The translations under genes were made by a program, and so were the position numbers. This document shows, piece after piece, positions 49,490 to 61,590 of a stretch of DNA of 64,000 nt. How positions within the stretch are numbered: the first letter of the stretch is position 1; each line of letters opens with the position of its first letter. This DNA comes from Negaprion brevirostris. Taxonomy: Eukaryota. The stretch is from NCBI GenBank assembly GCA_030324005.1, contig JARDVH010000132.1, positions 97,226,472 through 97,290,471 on the forward strand. The letters run 5' to 3'. Under the pieces are notes generated by a model. The model had not been told where the DNA came from. It saw only the letters and a program-made list of their open reading frames with translations, and made no database searches.

Positions 49490-50532
49490 ACGAACACTGC
49501 CTCCTCAGCATGCCACAATGACATCCCAGCAAATATGGACACCACTTTCCAGATCTCCTTCAACTTCCTCCTCATCTGTCTTCCTCTTTTGAGGAGCTTT
49601 GCTGGTCCAGCACTTCTCCCTCTTAAAGGTCCATATTTCTCTGGAAGACTAAGTACTGAAGGACTAAGCAGACTGTAACAATATATGAACCATTGGGTGC
49701 ATGCACTGGAGGATGCCACGCTACTGGTCAAGGCACCCAAATTTCATCTTCATGTGGACACTGGTCTGCTCAGTGATGACCCTTGTGGCATCATTTGTAA
49801 TGTTTTTCAACCTTCATGGCAGGATAACACATCTGAATCCTAATAATCCCTTCATGATATAAACCTTATCCACTAAGTCATCCATGGAGCCCCAAAAGCT
49901 TCATGAAGAGCTGAGGCAACTGCAAATGCCAGAGGATGATGGCATTATAGTAGGTTCCAGAAAAGTGCATTCACCTGCATAAAATGCTTATTGTAGTTGC
50001 CTGACAGCTGAATGTTTAGGAAATGGAATTGTTCCAACTGAGGAATTTCCCTGGCTGGTCAAACAAAATCTTGATGGTCACATGTATGCAACTGATGCTC
50101 TCTAGCGCCCAAGTGGATCAGTCAATGGAGGCAAATCTCATTGCCCAACAAGCTTGAGTGTCACTATCACCTGGAATCAATGTAACCTCTGCCTCCACCC
50201 CAACCCCATTGAACACAGCATCCATTATCTCCATGATAGAATGGTATATTACTGCCTGCAGGTTGCCACCAATGTTTCCTACTACTCCTTGAAAAGTAGT
50301 GCAAGGAATTCAGGTCAGCTACCATCTGCGTGGATAAGGCACAGCATTCTGTACCACTAATACTCTGACGTAACCAGACAGTTTCTCCTGTAATGTTGGA
50401 CCCTCTGCTGAGAATTTCACCTCTGTTGCCTCCTGTTCCTCGTTCCTCATCCTGGTGCCTCTGCTTCTCAGGAACTTGCAGATGCTGCTCTTCATCACTA
50501 CTTGATCCCATCTCAAAGTAGCTTAAGCCCAT
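49490..50532 (-). pseudogene. HARBI1-like transposase relic C
   Basis: Minus: MGLSYFEMGSSSDEEQ N-terminus, SISCIHVTIK (~50080; cf. AIDCTHVAIK), FHFLNIQL...FMQVNA, LPQLF, LVDKV, FGCLDQ*RGILQ. Confidence 0.65.
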
Positions 50533-51745
50533 TTTCTTTCTTTTAAATTCATTTTATAGAATGTGAGTATCGCTGGGCCAGCATTTATTGCCCATTCCTA
50601 ACTGCCCTCAATTTCAGATGGCATTTGAGACTCAACCACAATGAAAATATTTAGGTTATAAGAAATCATTTCCCAAGAAGAAAATCTCCAGATTTACACT
50701 CTAAATTACTGGATTCATATGATCAAATGGAGGACTGCTGGAACAATTTTCACAAGAAAATTTGGTTCTGAACAGATGATGCATTGTGTGAGGTAGTTGA
50801 AGAGAAATTAACATTTAACCCCTTGATTGGGCATTTCTATTTACTGAGGAGAGATTTCCAAAGTACCTTTATACAGCTCCGCACAGTGTATGTTAAAATG
50901 ATTAATACTATCCACAGCTAAACTTTCAAATGCTTTGGAGGCATCTTTTTAATCGTTAAGACAGTGTCAGCTAAAGGACTTTATGTTCTGATTAAAATTG
51001 CACTTAAAATAATGCAGGCCCTATTTTCAAATCAGCATAAAGCTGCTTGAATCATTATCTGAACTTTGATCATGCAATTAGCAAGAAGCCACTACCAAGC
51101 AACTTTCTAATTCCAAGGTTATTAACTTACAACTGGCATGAAAGAAAGATATCAAACAACATATTCACCAAAATTATTCAATCTACTACTTTATAACTGA
51201 AAATGAGTCACTAGACCTCANNNNTGAAAATGGTTTATTGCACTTCGGCAGTAAATGGAAAAAATAATGATTAATGTTTTTGCGATAGGGCATTATATGT
51301 TACATTAAGGTTAAATTTTGTTGGATTTTTTGTGCAGTTGTGCATATTTTAGTTATTTTATCTTTTGAATATATTTAGCTTTTAGGGTACTTTAAGAGGG
51401 AAAACAAAATTTAAATTTTCATGTAAGAAAATGTAATTTAAGGCATTGTATTACCTTTGATTACCGTTTAAGAAATATTCCTCTGCCTTCTCATTATTGA
51501 GTTAAGTAATACTTTTATTTTTGAGAAGCACCATTTTCATAAATCTAACATATAAAATATAGCTATACAAGGCAGATGTGAAGTTGCTTTAAAATACATT
51601 TTAGTGTTTATGTTCTGCATTGTGATTAAGAACACTGGCTTCAAAGTTCTATGCTCTGAAAGAAGGTTATTGCTTTAAATCAACAAAATAAAACTGTAAT
51701 ATAAACTGCAAGTGTTGGCAGCATCTGTGGAGAGAGAAACAGAGT

Positions 51746-51895
51746 TAGGTGGGTTAGCCATGCAAAATTACCCCTTAGTGTCAGGCAGACCGGTTAGTAT
51801 AAATATACGGAGTTATGAGGATAAGGGTCTGGATAGAATTGTGGTTGGTGCAGACTCAATGGGCCAAATGACCTCCTTCTGCACTGTAGGATTCC
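51746..51895 (+). mobile_element. HE1-type SINE 3' half joined to a Penelope-type repeat fragment
   Basis: gcagcatctgtggagagagaaacagag joined to ttaggtgggttagccatgc...gcactgtaggattc. Confidence 0.75.
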
Positions 51896-52294
51896 AATAT
51901 TTCAAGTTCTTCTTGACTTGGAAATGGAGAGGTAAAAATGAATAGGCTGCTAAAGAAAGAGAGGGAGGATCGGGTGCAACAAAAATGAAGGTCAGGAATA
52001 GATTAGGGAGCAGAAGAGATTAATTACCAAAGATGTCATGAAAGAAAAGATGATAGTAAAGAATCAAGAGTACTGATCCAGAATGGGTATTAAGAACAGA
52101 ATATAGATCAACTCTCTCTGAAACAAAAGCGTGAAAACAAGTTATAAACTGGCTCTTGGAAACGTCAAAATGGGATACAAATTTCATTATCTGAAGTTTT
52201 GTTGAATTGTAATAAAACTATTTTAATCAAGACACTTATGAAAAACTATTACTTTGCACAGAAGCAAAATTGTTTGCTTAAGAAAGCTATTCAG

Positions 52295-52595
52295 TTTAAA
52301 GTTTATTTATTAGTGCCATTAAGTAGACTTACATTAGCACTGCAATGAAGTTACTGTGAAATTCCGAGTAACCCCGCTCCAGTGCCTGTTTGAGTAGCGA
52401 GGGAGAATTTAGCATGGCCAATGCACTTAACCAGCATATGTTTTGGAGAGTGGGAGGAAACCAGAGTGTTCCAGAGGAAACCTACGCAGATACAGAGAGA
52501 ATGTGCAGAATCCACATAGATAGTGACCCAAGCTGGGAATCGAAATTGGGTCTCTGACGATGTGAGACAACAGTGCTAACAACTGTGCCACCCCC
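52295..52595 (-). mobile_element. SINE, variant-tail subfamily
   Basis: tttaaagtttatttattagt...cactgcaatgaagttactgtgaa...agtgctaacaactgtgccacc. Confidence 0.85.
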
Positions 52596-52603
52596 TAACA
52601 TGA

Positions 52604-52790
52604 ACAGAAAATGCTGGAAAATATCAGCAGCTCTGACAGCTTCTGTGGAGAGAGAATAGAGCCAACATTTCAAGTCTGGATGACCCTTTGTCAGAATTTC
52701 ACGAAAGGTCATCCAGACTCGAAACCATGCCTCGATTCTGTCTCTACATGAGCTGTCAGACCTGCTGAGATTTTCCAGTCTTTTGTTTTA
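52604..52790. repeat. Palindromic Penelope-type terminal repeat with degenerate hammerhead cores
   Basis: Arms ctggaaaatatcagcagctctgacagc...caagtctggatgacc and ggtcatccagactcgaaac...gctgtcagacctgctgagattttccag. Confidence 0.7.
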
Positions 52791-54449
52791 TTATTTTGCT
52801 TTTATTCAATAACCTAGGGCATCATTCTGAATATAGTAAAATTATGGAAGTATAATATAATGCTTCTTCATGGAAAGGAATCATTATGCAAAATTTATTG
52901 TTGAAATTAAAGTTGCGCATTGTTTTAAAAAGATAATAAAAACTAAAAATAACAAGGATCTTACAAGATNNNNNNNNNNNNNNNNNNNNNNNNNNNNNNN
53001 NNNNNNNNNNNNNNNNNNNNNNNNNNNNNNNNNNNNNNNNNNNNNNNNNNNNNNNNNNNNNNNNNNNNNNNNNNNNNNNNNNNNNNNNNNNNNNNNNNNN
53101 NNNNNNNNNNNNNNNNNNNNNNNNNNNNNNNNNNNNNNNNNNNNNNNNNNNNNNNNNNNNNNNNNNNNNNNNNNNNNNNNNNNNNNNNNNNNNNNNNNNN
53201 NNNNNNNNNNNNNNNNNNNNNNNNNNNNNNNNNNNNNNNNNNNNNNNNNNNNNNNNNNNNNNNNNNNNNNNNNNNNNNNNNNNNNNNNNNNNNNNNNNNN
53301 NNNNNNNNNNNNNNNNNNNNNNNNNNNNNNNNNNNNNNNNNNNNNNNNNNNNNNNNNNNNNNNNNNNNNNNNNNNNNNNNNNNNNNNNNNNNNNNNNNNN
53401 NNNNNNNNNNNNNNNNNNNNNNNNNNNNNNNNNNNNNNNNNNNNNNNNNNNNNNNNNNNNNNNNNNNNNNNNNNNNNNNNNNNNNNNNNNNNNNNNNNNN
53501 NNNNNNNNNNNNNNNNNNNNNNNNNNNNNNNNNNNNNNNNNNNNNNNNNNNNNNNNNNNNNNNNNNNNNNNNNNNNNNNNNNNNNNNNNNNNNNNNNNNN
53601 NNNNNNNNNNNNNNNNNNNNNNNNNNNNNNNNNNNNNNNNNNNNNNNNNNNNNNNNNNNNNNNNNNNNNNNNNNNNNNNNNNNNNNNNNNNNNNNNNNNN
53701 NNNNNNNNNNNNNNNNNNNNNNNNNNNNNNNNNNNNNNNNNNNNNNNNNNNNNNNNNNNNNNNNNNNNNNNNNNNNNGGAGAGGGGTCAGATTAGGAGGG
53801 GGGGGGCGCTTGGAATGGGAATGTGCGTTGGAGAGAGTGGGGTGTTTGCAGTTGATGCAGGGTCGAGCAGGGGTGGAAATGCTGTGGTGGGTCCCCTGGA
53901 GGAGTTGCGTGCATGCAGGGTGTCCCTCATGAGGCTGGGTCTGGGTGTTTAGTTACTCAGGAGATAGAAGCATTTTTTTTCCTTCTAACTCTTTCAGAGT
54001 AACTGTCAGGGTAAAACTGGCAGAACCATATGAAGTTAGCGATTTGTCAAATGGTTCCCAGACCAACACAATGTCCAGAGGAAGTTAATACTTCTGGATA
54101 ATGGCCAGATAAACCTTATCTGGGAACTTCAAAGAGGGATTTCCCAGCGCATCATTGGGGTACTCTCCAAATAGGGGAGAAGCAGAAGGTTGTGGGCCTA
54201 GATGAATAAAAAGTTACATTTTTATATATTTACAGACTCATATTTATAAAAGATAACAAGGATTTTCAACATTCCAAGATGCTTCCCGGGAGCATAAGAA
54301 AAAACCTTTAGCTGTCTCATCCATGATCTTCCCTCCCATTGGGTCAGAAATGGGGACGTTTGGTGATGTCTGCACGATGTTCAGTACCACATACAATTAC
54401 TCAGATACAAGCAGTCCACGTCCTTACGTAATAAGACTTAGACATCAAG

Positions 54450-54650
54450 TCACACAGCATTCTGACTTGGAACTATATCTCCCTTCCTTCTCTGTCACTG
54501 GGTGTAAATTCCTAGAATTCCCTCCGTAACTGTACTGACACCACATGGATTGCAGTCATTCAAGAAGGCAGCTCACCATCACCTTCCCAATGGCAATTAG
54601 GGATGGGGAATAAATGCTGACCTAGCCAGCGATGCCCAGCTCCCAGCAAT
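54450..54650 (+). mobile_element. LINE 3' end (family of 1410-1815)
   Basis: ttcaagaaggcagctcaccatcaccttc...ggcaattagggatgggg-aataaatgctg. Confidence 0.7.
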
Positions 54651-54774
54651 AAATATAAAAATAATTCTGAAGTTATTTATATAACAAACTACAAATAATC
54701 AGTTGAGCCATGAATCAGTTCTTACATTTAAACATCAAATTCATATTGCAAGTAGCCTTGTTTTATTTAAAAGA

Positions 54775-55145
54775 GAAGATTGAGGGGCGACCTTATGGAG
54801 GTGTGCAAGATTATGAGGGACATGGACAAAGTTGATAGGGAGCAGCTGATATCCTTAATTGAAGGGTCAGACACGAGAGGACATAGGTTCAAAATGAAGG
54901 GCAGGAGGTTTAGAGGGGATGTGAGGAAAAACCTTTCTACCCAGAGGCTGCTGATGGTCTGGAATGTGCTACCTGGGAGAGTGGTAGAGGTGGGTTGCCT
55001 CACATCCTTCAAAAAGTACCTGGATAAGCACTTGGCACATCATAATATTCAAGGCTGGTAGGTGGGGTTAGGTAGAAGTTCAGATGTTTCTTACAGGTCA
55101 GTGGGCCTAAGGTCCTCCTCAGCACTGTATGATTCTGTGATTCTA
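54775..55145 (+). mobile_element. CR1 LINE 3' end
   Basis: LRGDLMEVCKIM...TRGHRFK...TQRLLMVWNVLP; tail gattctgtgattct. Confidence 0.85.
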
Positions 55146-55358
55146 AAAGGAACATCCTATATTAATATTTGAAGTCTGGGAAAGAGTAAAATCATGTTGT
55201 AGAATGCGGTACGCTTTTGGAATAAATGTTGTGAAATATCAGAAACTCAAACTCTTCCAAACTGTTTCTTATTAATTAGGTAAATTGATGTTTGTAAGAC
55301 CAACAATGTTGTCAGTGCAGTTTTACATACATAATCTGGATTTTTTTCAGTGGCAGTG

Positions 55359-55675
55359 GGGCAGCATGGTTAGCACATGGTTAGCACTGCTGCTTCACAG
55401 CTCCAGGAACCTGGGGTTCGATTCCCAACTTGGGTCACTGTGTGTGTGGAATTTGCACATTCTCCTCGTGTCTGTGTGGGTTTCCTCTGGGTGATCCAGT
55501 TTCCTCCCACGGTCCAAAGAAGTGCGGGTTAGGTTGATGCTATGCTAAATTGTCCCTAATGTCAGGTGGATTAATAGGGTAAATGAGGGTTATGGGAATA
55601 GGGCCTGGGTGGGATTGTGGTTGGTGCAGACTCGATGGGCTGAATGACCTCCTTCTGCACGAAGGATTCTATGAT
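55359..55675 (+). mobile_element. HE1-type SINE
   Basis: gggcagcatggttagcacatggttagcactgctgc...ggttcgattccc...ggattctatgat. Confidence 0.9.
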
Positions 55676-58374
55676 CACTTATATTATGACTTAGAAAACC
55701 ATTGGCATTAAAGGGGTAATAATATTGTTAATCGTTTCAAAGTTCAACCATGTGATTTTTCCAAAAAAGTGCTTCGTATTTCTTGTCTTTAAACTACGGG
55801 GCACTGTCATTTTAAGAATTCATTCTTATATAGACATAAGCCAATGAGAAACATGTATCCCAGAAGGCTTATCCAGAATTTCATAGTCAAAGATTTAACC
55901 TAACACAGCTGTTGAGCACAGCCTGGGGCAGCTTTTATGAATCACTAGAGCCTTCAAATTACACTGTGCGAATGATGTACAAATAATTCAATAACTGGAT
56001 ACAGTAATGTTCAAAGGGATTTCATTCAAACGTGATGTGTTCACATACTCATATTAATTCAGCATTATTTTGAAGTGATTTCTTCATTAACAAGCTATTA
56101 AATAGAAATATTTTTAACAGATGGTAGCTCAGTGTTGACTGTCACTCTTATTCACTAGTTTACGCACTAGCACTTAAAGGTTGAATAGGCAAAAATGTTC
56201 AGGGTAGTGTGAGCTGGCAGATATGACAGTATGCATCTATCTCTGGCCTCTGCTACTAAGATCACTGAACTTTATGGGAAGTGGGTGGCAAATTGAGTGT
56301 AACTGGCACTTAGTGGTTTGGGGGAGGGGAACGTATTTGCCGAAACCATTCACAAAGAGGACAGATGTTGAAATGAGCCCAACCTACAAAGAGAATGAGG
56401 TTTTCTTTGTGTCAGAAGACTACTTAAAGATATTCCCTGATCAGTGATGATCCCGACACCAATTTCTGACTGGAATCACAGATAAGCCACATAACTGCCA
56501 GCATTAAGGATGTTTAATGGGACCATATATATGGAACCNNNNNNNNNNNNNNNNNNNNNNNNNNNNNNNNNNNNNNNNNNNNNNNNNNNNNNNNNNNNNN
56601 NNNNNNNNNNNNNNNNNNNNNNNNNNNNNNNNNNNNNNGGAACCATAAACTTTGGCTATGTTATGCAAGGTTCTGAATAAAGGTAGTGGCGGGGAATTCT
56701 TGATTAAGAGTGTCCCTTCTCTTTTACATTGATAACTCATGATGCTGGATGGAGTCTTCGACCTCAAAGCCACATAGGAATCCATGATGTAAGGTGAGAG
56801 CCTGGGCCTTCTGGATCGCAGCCAAGTTGTTGGCTATTCCGAGAGGCTCCTGCTGAAATTCCAGTGAGAATTTATTGCAACAGCTGCAAATTTCCAGTCC
56901 ATGAATTGGACTGGAGTAGTAGCGATTGTCAAATGCTCAATGGTGCTAATACATTAATGATGGTCAACAGGAATGCCATAGAGTTTCAAGCATCTGAGTC
57001 CATATAATTAGAGAAAGACCCAAGGCCTGTTCTACACTTGGCAGTGTTCTAAAAATGTAGACATGAAGCTTCATAAGATTCTGGGGACACCATCCTCAAA
57101 TTAAAAGATGTCAAAAGGCAAGAAAACAAAATTGGCTGAAATGAGGACTTATCAATTAAGTTAACAAATAAGTTTGCAGTTGATTAAATGTGAATTCATC
57201 ATGAGTAGCTTGATTTCATTAGTATTAATGAGAATAAGCTCCCAACAGAAATAAGCCAATCGAATTGTTCACGTAATTTTGTGAACCTCTTTTAAGTTGA
57301 ATTTTTCAATTTGAAATTTCTATATACATGTAAGTAACTATGAATATTGTTACAATTGGAGTGGAGACTTTTAGTAATAAATTCAATCTCCCAACTATTA
57401 ACTGAAAGAATTATGCCACAATGTTTCATGTCTTAAACAAAATATATTTTACTGTACAAAATTGAAACACAGCAAGNNNNNNNNNNNNNNNNNNNNNNNN
57501 NNNNNNNNNNNNNNNNNNNNNNNNNNNNNNNNNNNNNNNNNNNNNNNNNNNNNNNNNNNNNNNNNNNNNNNNNNNNAAGTACTGTATTTTCTAAACACAT
57601 AAACCTGAAAAATCTCAACACGATTCTCCCCATTCTCCTCTTATTTCCACCTCAGAGTCCCCTTGTATTTTACAGGACCGAAAGGATTCCTTTGCTTCTC
57701 ATGGGCTCCAACAAAGGTATGCTATAGCTCTCAGGAATTCACTTTGATTCTCTTCAGTGTTCCCACCATTCTCAAAAGGTATCAGGTTTCTCAGTGTACT
57801 TCCACTAGCATCTGGCATGTCATACATAGGATCAGTAATACTCCAGACACAGCACTATCCATCATTAATCATTAAACATGGTCAAGAAGAAAGTTGATCA
57901 GGAGAATATCTATTCCTGCTTCGTTGTATATGGGATACTGGAATTTAGCTATCCTTGACTCTAGAAGCATGATTTAGAAATTCAGTAAACACTTTTTCTC
58001 TTGGAACTAATCCTGTACCATTCTCACTTGGTATAGTAGACACAATCATCAGGCAACTCAGATTCAACTAGTATTCACAAAAATAGGGGCTAAAAATGTT
58101 GGTATTTCTGGAGCTGATTCTGAGAAATAATTCCGAGGTGACAATAGTTGGTCAACAAGGCATTGCTAAACTAATTTATCTTCAGTTTGAACTGTGTAAG
58201 ACATTGGAACTGTTTTTGCTTAAATTATAGCTGGTACTCATTTCTCACTCTAGTTATAATTATGCAGTAATACTCCATCTCTTTGTTGATATGAGTGTTG
58301 AGTTGCCTTCACATTCAGCCAGCAGCTTGAGATTGTTTTTTGATGCTCTACTATCTCTGAAGTATCTGGAGGCA

Positions 58375-58589
58375 ATGAGGATGTGTGTACATAGCAATAA
58401 TTGAATTTGCAGGAGTTGATTGTATTACACGATGAGGATGTGTGTACATAGTAATAATTGAATTTGCAGAAATTGATTGTATTAGACGCTTGCAGCAATA
58501 TGGTATAATGCTTGTTCTTGAAAACAATACCTCCTGCCATTTTCACGTAGCAATGATTGAATTTGCAATTGATTGTATTAGATGCTTGC
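58375..58589. repeat. 57-bp tandem duplication plus a third partial copy
   Basis: atgaggatgtgtgtacatag(c/t)aataattgaatttgcag...ttgattgtatta at 58375 and 58432; partial copy at ~58545. Confidence 0.85.
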
Positions 58590-59517
58590 CTGTTCCATTG
58601 TAAAAGAATTACTGACCTGACGTCGTAATATTTGATCAATAAAATATTTGATCATTTGGAGTTGAATCGATGTTTGTCGAACCGAGTCTGACGAGACGTG
58701 CTGAATTATAGATCGCCAGTAATAACACATCAAACCTAGCTCTCAACTTTGTTTAAGAGTAGTTAATGCAGGTGAACTTTGGGTAGTCGCATCAGTAGTG
58801 ATTTTATAAAATGCAAAAAAGCTATTCACATGATATGATAATGAACTTTGCTTTTTTGAAGCTTTTTAAGGAATGTTTCAACAATTGTACAAATCTTTCA
58901 GTTAATCTATTGGTGCGGATTTTATGTGCTGAATACCATTTACTTCAAAATAATCTTCAGACGTTTGTGAAATAAACTGTGAACCATTATTTCCTGGTTT
59001 ATCAAATCTTGAAATAAAAAACTGTCAAGTTTTACAATTGTTTGTGCACGTGCAATAGATTACCTGATAACTTCCAGCCAGGGGTGATTCTCCAATCCTG
59101 CTACACTTATCTTTTAGTGTGGAAAAGCAAGAGAATCTCATGTCGGCCAATTCACAGGATTTGCACTTGTGTTTCTGCTGCACACACATCTCCCAGCACA
59201 GGATACTGATACTGTCAGAGCTGCATTGGAAACTGACTGAAACACCGGGTAAGTACTTTGCATCTGTTTTTAATCTGATTTTCATGTGGTTAGTGGGTCT
59301 GGGACTGAATTCACTGGGACATCCGTCACATAGTCAGGAGTATTTCACTCCAACGGGTTTAGACCTGCTTCCCACTTTTGGGGAACTAGCAGGACGACCC
59401 CACTGGAATGAAGGGAGGGAAAAAAAAAAATCAAGGCCCCCCAGGGGATCGAGCGGTAGGAAGGTGATGCCCCTTGGGCATGGGCATCCTGGCAGTGCCA
59501 GCCTGTGTCCCTTGGCA

Positions 59518-59655
59518 CTGTAAGAAGTCTTACAACACCAGGTTAAAATCCAACGGGTTTATTTGGTAGTAAATGTCACGAGCTTTTGGAACACTGTTCC
59601 TTCGTCACTCACCTTACTATGTTTACCCCAGTCCAACATCATCTCCATATCATTC
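59518..59655. repeat. Penelope-associated terminal repeat (family of 29298 and 39525)
   Basis: gtaagaagtcttacaacaccaggttaaaatccaac...tgtttaccccagtccaac; mutated hammerhead core on minus. Confidence 0.7.
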
Positions 59656-59679
59656 TTGAAAGCCACAGGCAATGCAGTA

Positions 59680-60800
59680 CTTTCAAGATCCAACCTGACA
59701 CTGATTAAAAACAAGTTATCCAAATATTGCCAATCACATTAGATCAGAGTTCTCTTGTTCTCAACTCTTCTGCTAAGAGCAAGCTTCCCCCCCAGTTTCT
59801 TTGCCGAGATCCCTCATGATTTTGAATACTTGCATTAAATCTTCTAACAATCTTCTCTTCCCTAAGGAAAATAACCACAGTTTCTCCAGGTAACAGGAGA
59901 CTCTCAATTACAGAATTACTCTTACCAGTCTTTGCTGCATGCCTTCTAAGGCACTCATGTCTTCCTAAAGTATGGTGCCCACAACTGGACACAATGCTCC
60001 AGTGTTTTATAAAAGTTCACTATAACTTCTTTGCTTCCATGTTTACTATTTACAAGCTTTTGGATTCCCTTCATTATGGGCTGCCAATTTCTTCTCATAT
60101 TTCCTCTTTGTTGTTCTTTTTTTTTACACTTCCCCACAGAACCTTTTATATCTAGCTAGGTTCTCACTTGTCGACTTGACATCTGTCAAAAATTCCTATT
60201 CTATTTCATCTTATACTCTGTTTCTTTCTTCATCTAAGCAGCCCTGGTTTTCTTTGTCTTACCTCTCCCCCCTACTGAAATTCACCCCAACTATGTACAA
60301 GTTGTTGTCCAATGTGACAGTACAGCTTTACTCCCCAGTCTTTTATTCCATTTCATTTGGACCAGGTCCATTCTCGTCGTATTGAAATTTGCCCTCTCCA
60401 ATTAATTATTTTTACTTTGGATAGCTTCTTGTCCTTTTCCATCGTTCACCTAAATGTTATGATATTCTGATCGTTGTTGCCTAAATGTTCCCCTCCTGAT
60501 ACTTCATTCATTAGACCCACACGTTTCCCAGAACCAGAGCCAGAAATGCCTCCTTTTTTATGGATTGGATATAAACTAATGTGGGAAATTTTCCTGAACA
60601 GACTACAAAAATTCTTCCCCCTCTCAACCCTATTAGTACCCAAGTCTATAGTAACATAATCTAAGTTTACTATTATTACAATTATATAATTGTTGGGCCA
60701 CTCTGTTATTCCCTTGCACCTGTCTTCCTCATTTTTATTCTCACTAGAATATAGTGTAGTGATATCTCCATTGTTCCTCAACTATAACCAAGTAGATTCT
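59680..60800 (-). mobile_element. Degraded CR1 LINE
   Basis: Minus FYKTLEHCVQLWAPYFRK, with further decayed ORF2-like sequence. Confidence 0.65.
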
Positions 60801-60807
60801 GCCCTTG

Positions 60808-61110
60808 ACCACAGTAGTTAGTACTGCTGTTTCACAGTGCCAGGAATCTGGGTTCAATTTCCAGCTTGGGTCACTGTTTGCATAGAGTTTGCACATTGTC
60901 CCTGTGTCTGCATGGGTTTCCTCCGGTTTCTTCTCACAGTCCAAAGATGCGCAGGTTAGATGGATTGGCCATGCTAAATTGCCCCTTAGTGTCAGGGAGA
61001 CTAAGTAGAGTAAATGCATAGTGTTATGGGGATAGGGCCTGGGTGGAACTGTGGCCGGTGCAGGCTCAATGGGCTGAATGGCCTCCTTCTGCACTGTAGG
61101 ATTCTATGAA
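60808..61110 (+). mobile_element. HE1-type SINE
   Basis: cacagtagttagtactgctg...ggttcaatttcc...ggattctatga. Confidence 0.9.
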
Positions 61111-61409
61111 TTCCTTTATTGACCTTACAATGACATTTGCTCTCCCCAGCACTATAGGTTTTCCCTTATTCAATATTGCCCTTCCTTTCTGCTTTCTTTA
61201 TTCCCCTGATTTTCCTGATCACCCTGTATTCCGGCACATTTTGTAAGGGTGTTGCTCCACGAAGAGACCCGATGGATATGGCCTTCTGTTTGGACTCTTC
61301 CCCAACACCCTCTCTCTGCCTTCCGATCTCCTGCTCTACATTACATTTCTTCCTTCTCCCAGTCATGCTCAATTTCTAGGTAACACCCTACTAGGTCATC
61401 AAGGTCTCA

Positions 61410-61590
61410 AAGCAGAAAATGTTGGACAAACTCAGCAGACCTGGCAACCTCACAGGAGAGAGAAACAGAGTTAACATTTCGAGTCTGTATGACCAAGGAG
61501 ATGAAATTTTAAGTCTGTTTCTCTCTCCATAGATGATGCCAGATCAGCTGAGTCTCTCTAACATTTTGTGTTTTCATGTGCGATTTCCAA
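61410..61590. repeat. Inverted Penelope-type terminal repeat
   Basis: ctcagcagacctggcaacc...gagagagaaacagag and inverted ctgtttctctctcc...gccagatcagctgag. Confidence 0.65.

Noticed and set aside
52870-53952. 360-aa ORF, and other long ORFs spanning N runs (e.g. 9987-10568, 24669-25020)
   Set aside because: Their length comes from translating assembly gaps as X.
58375-58589. Repeats as a CRISPR-like array
   Set aside because: Adjacent tandem copies without unique regular spacers, eukaryotic context and no cas genes.
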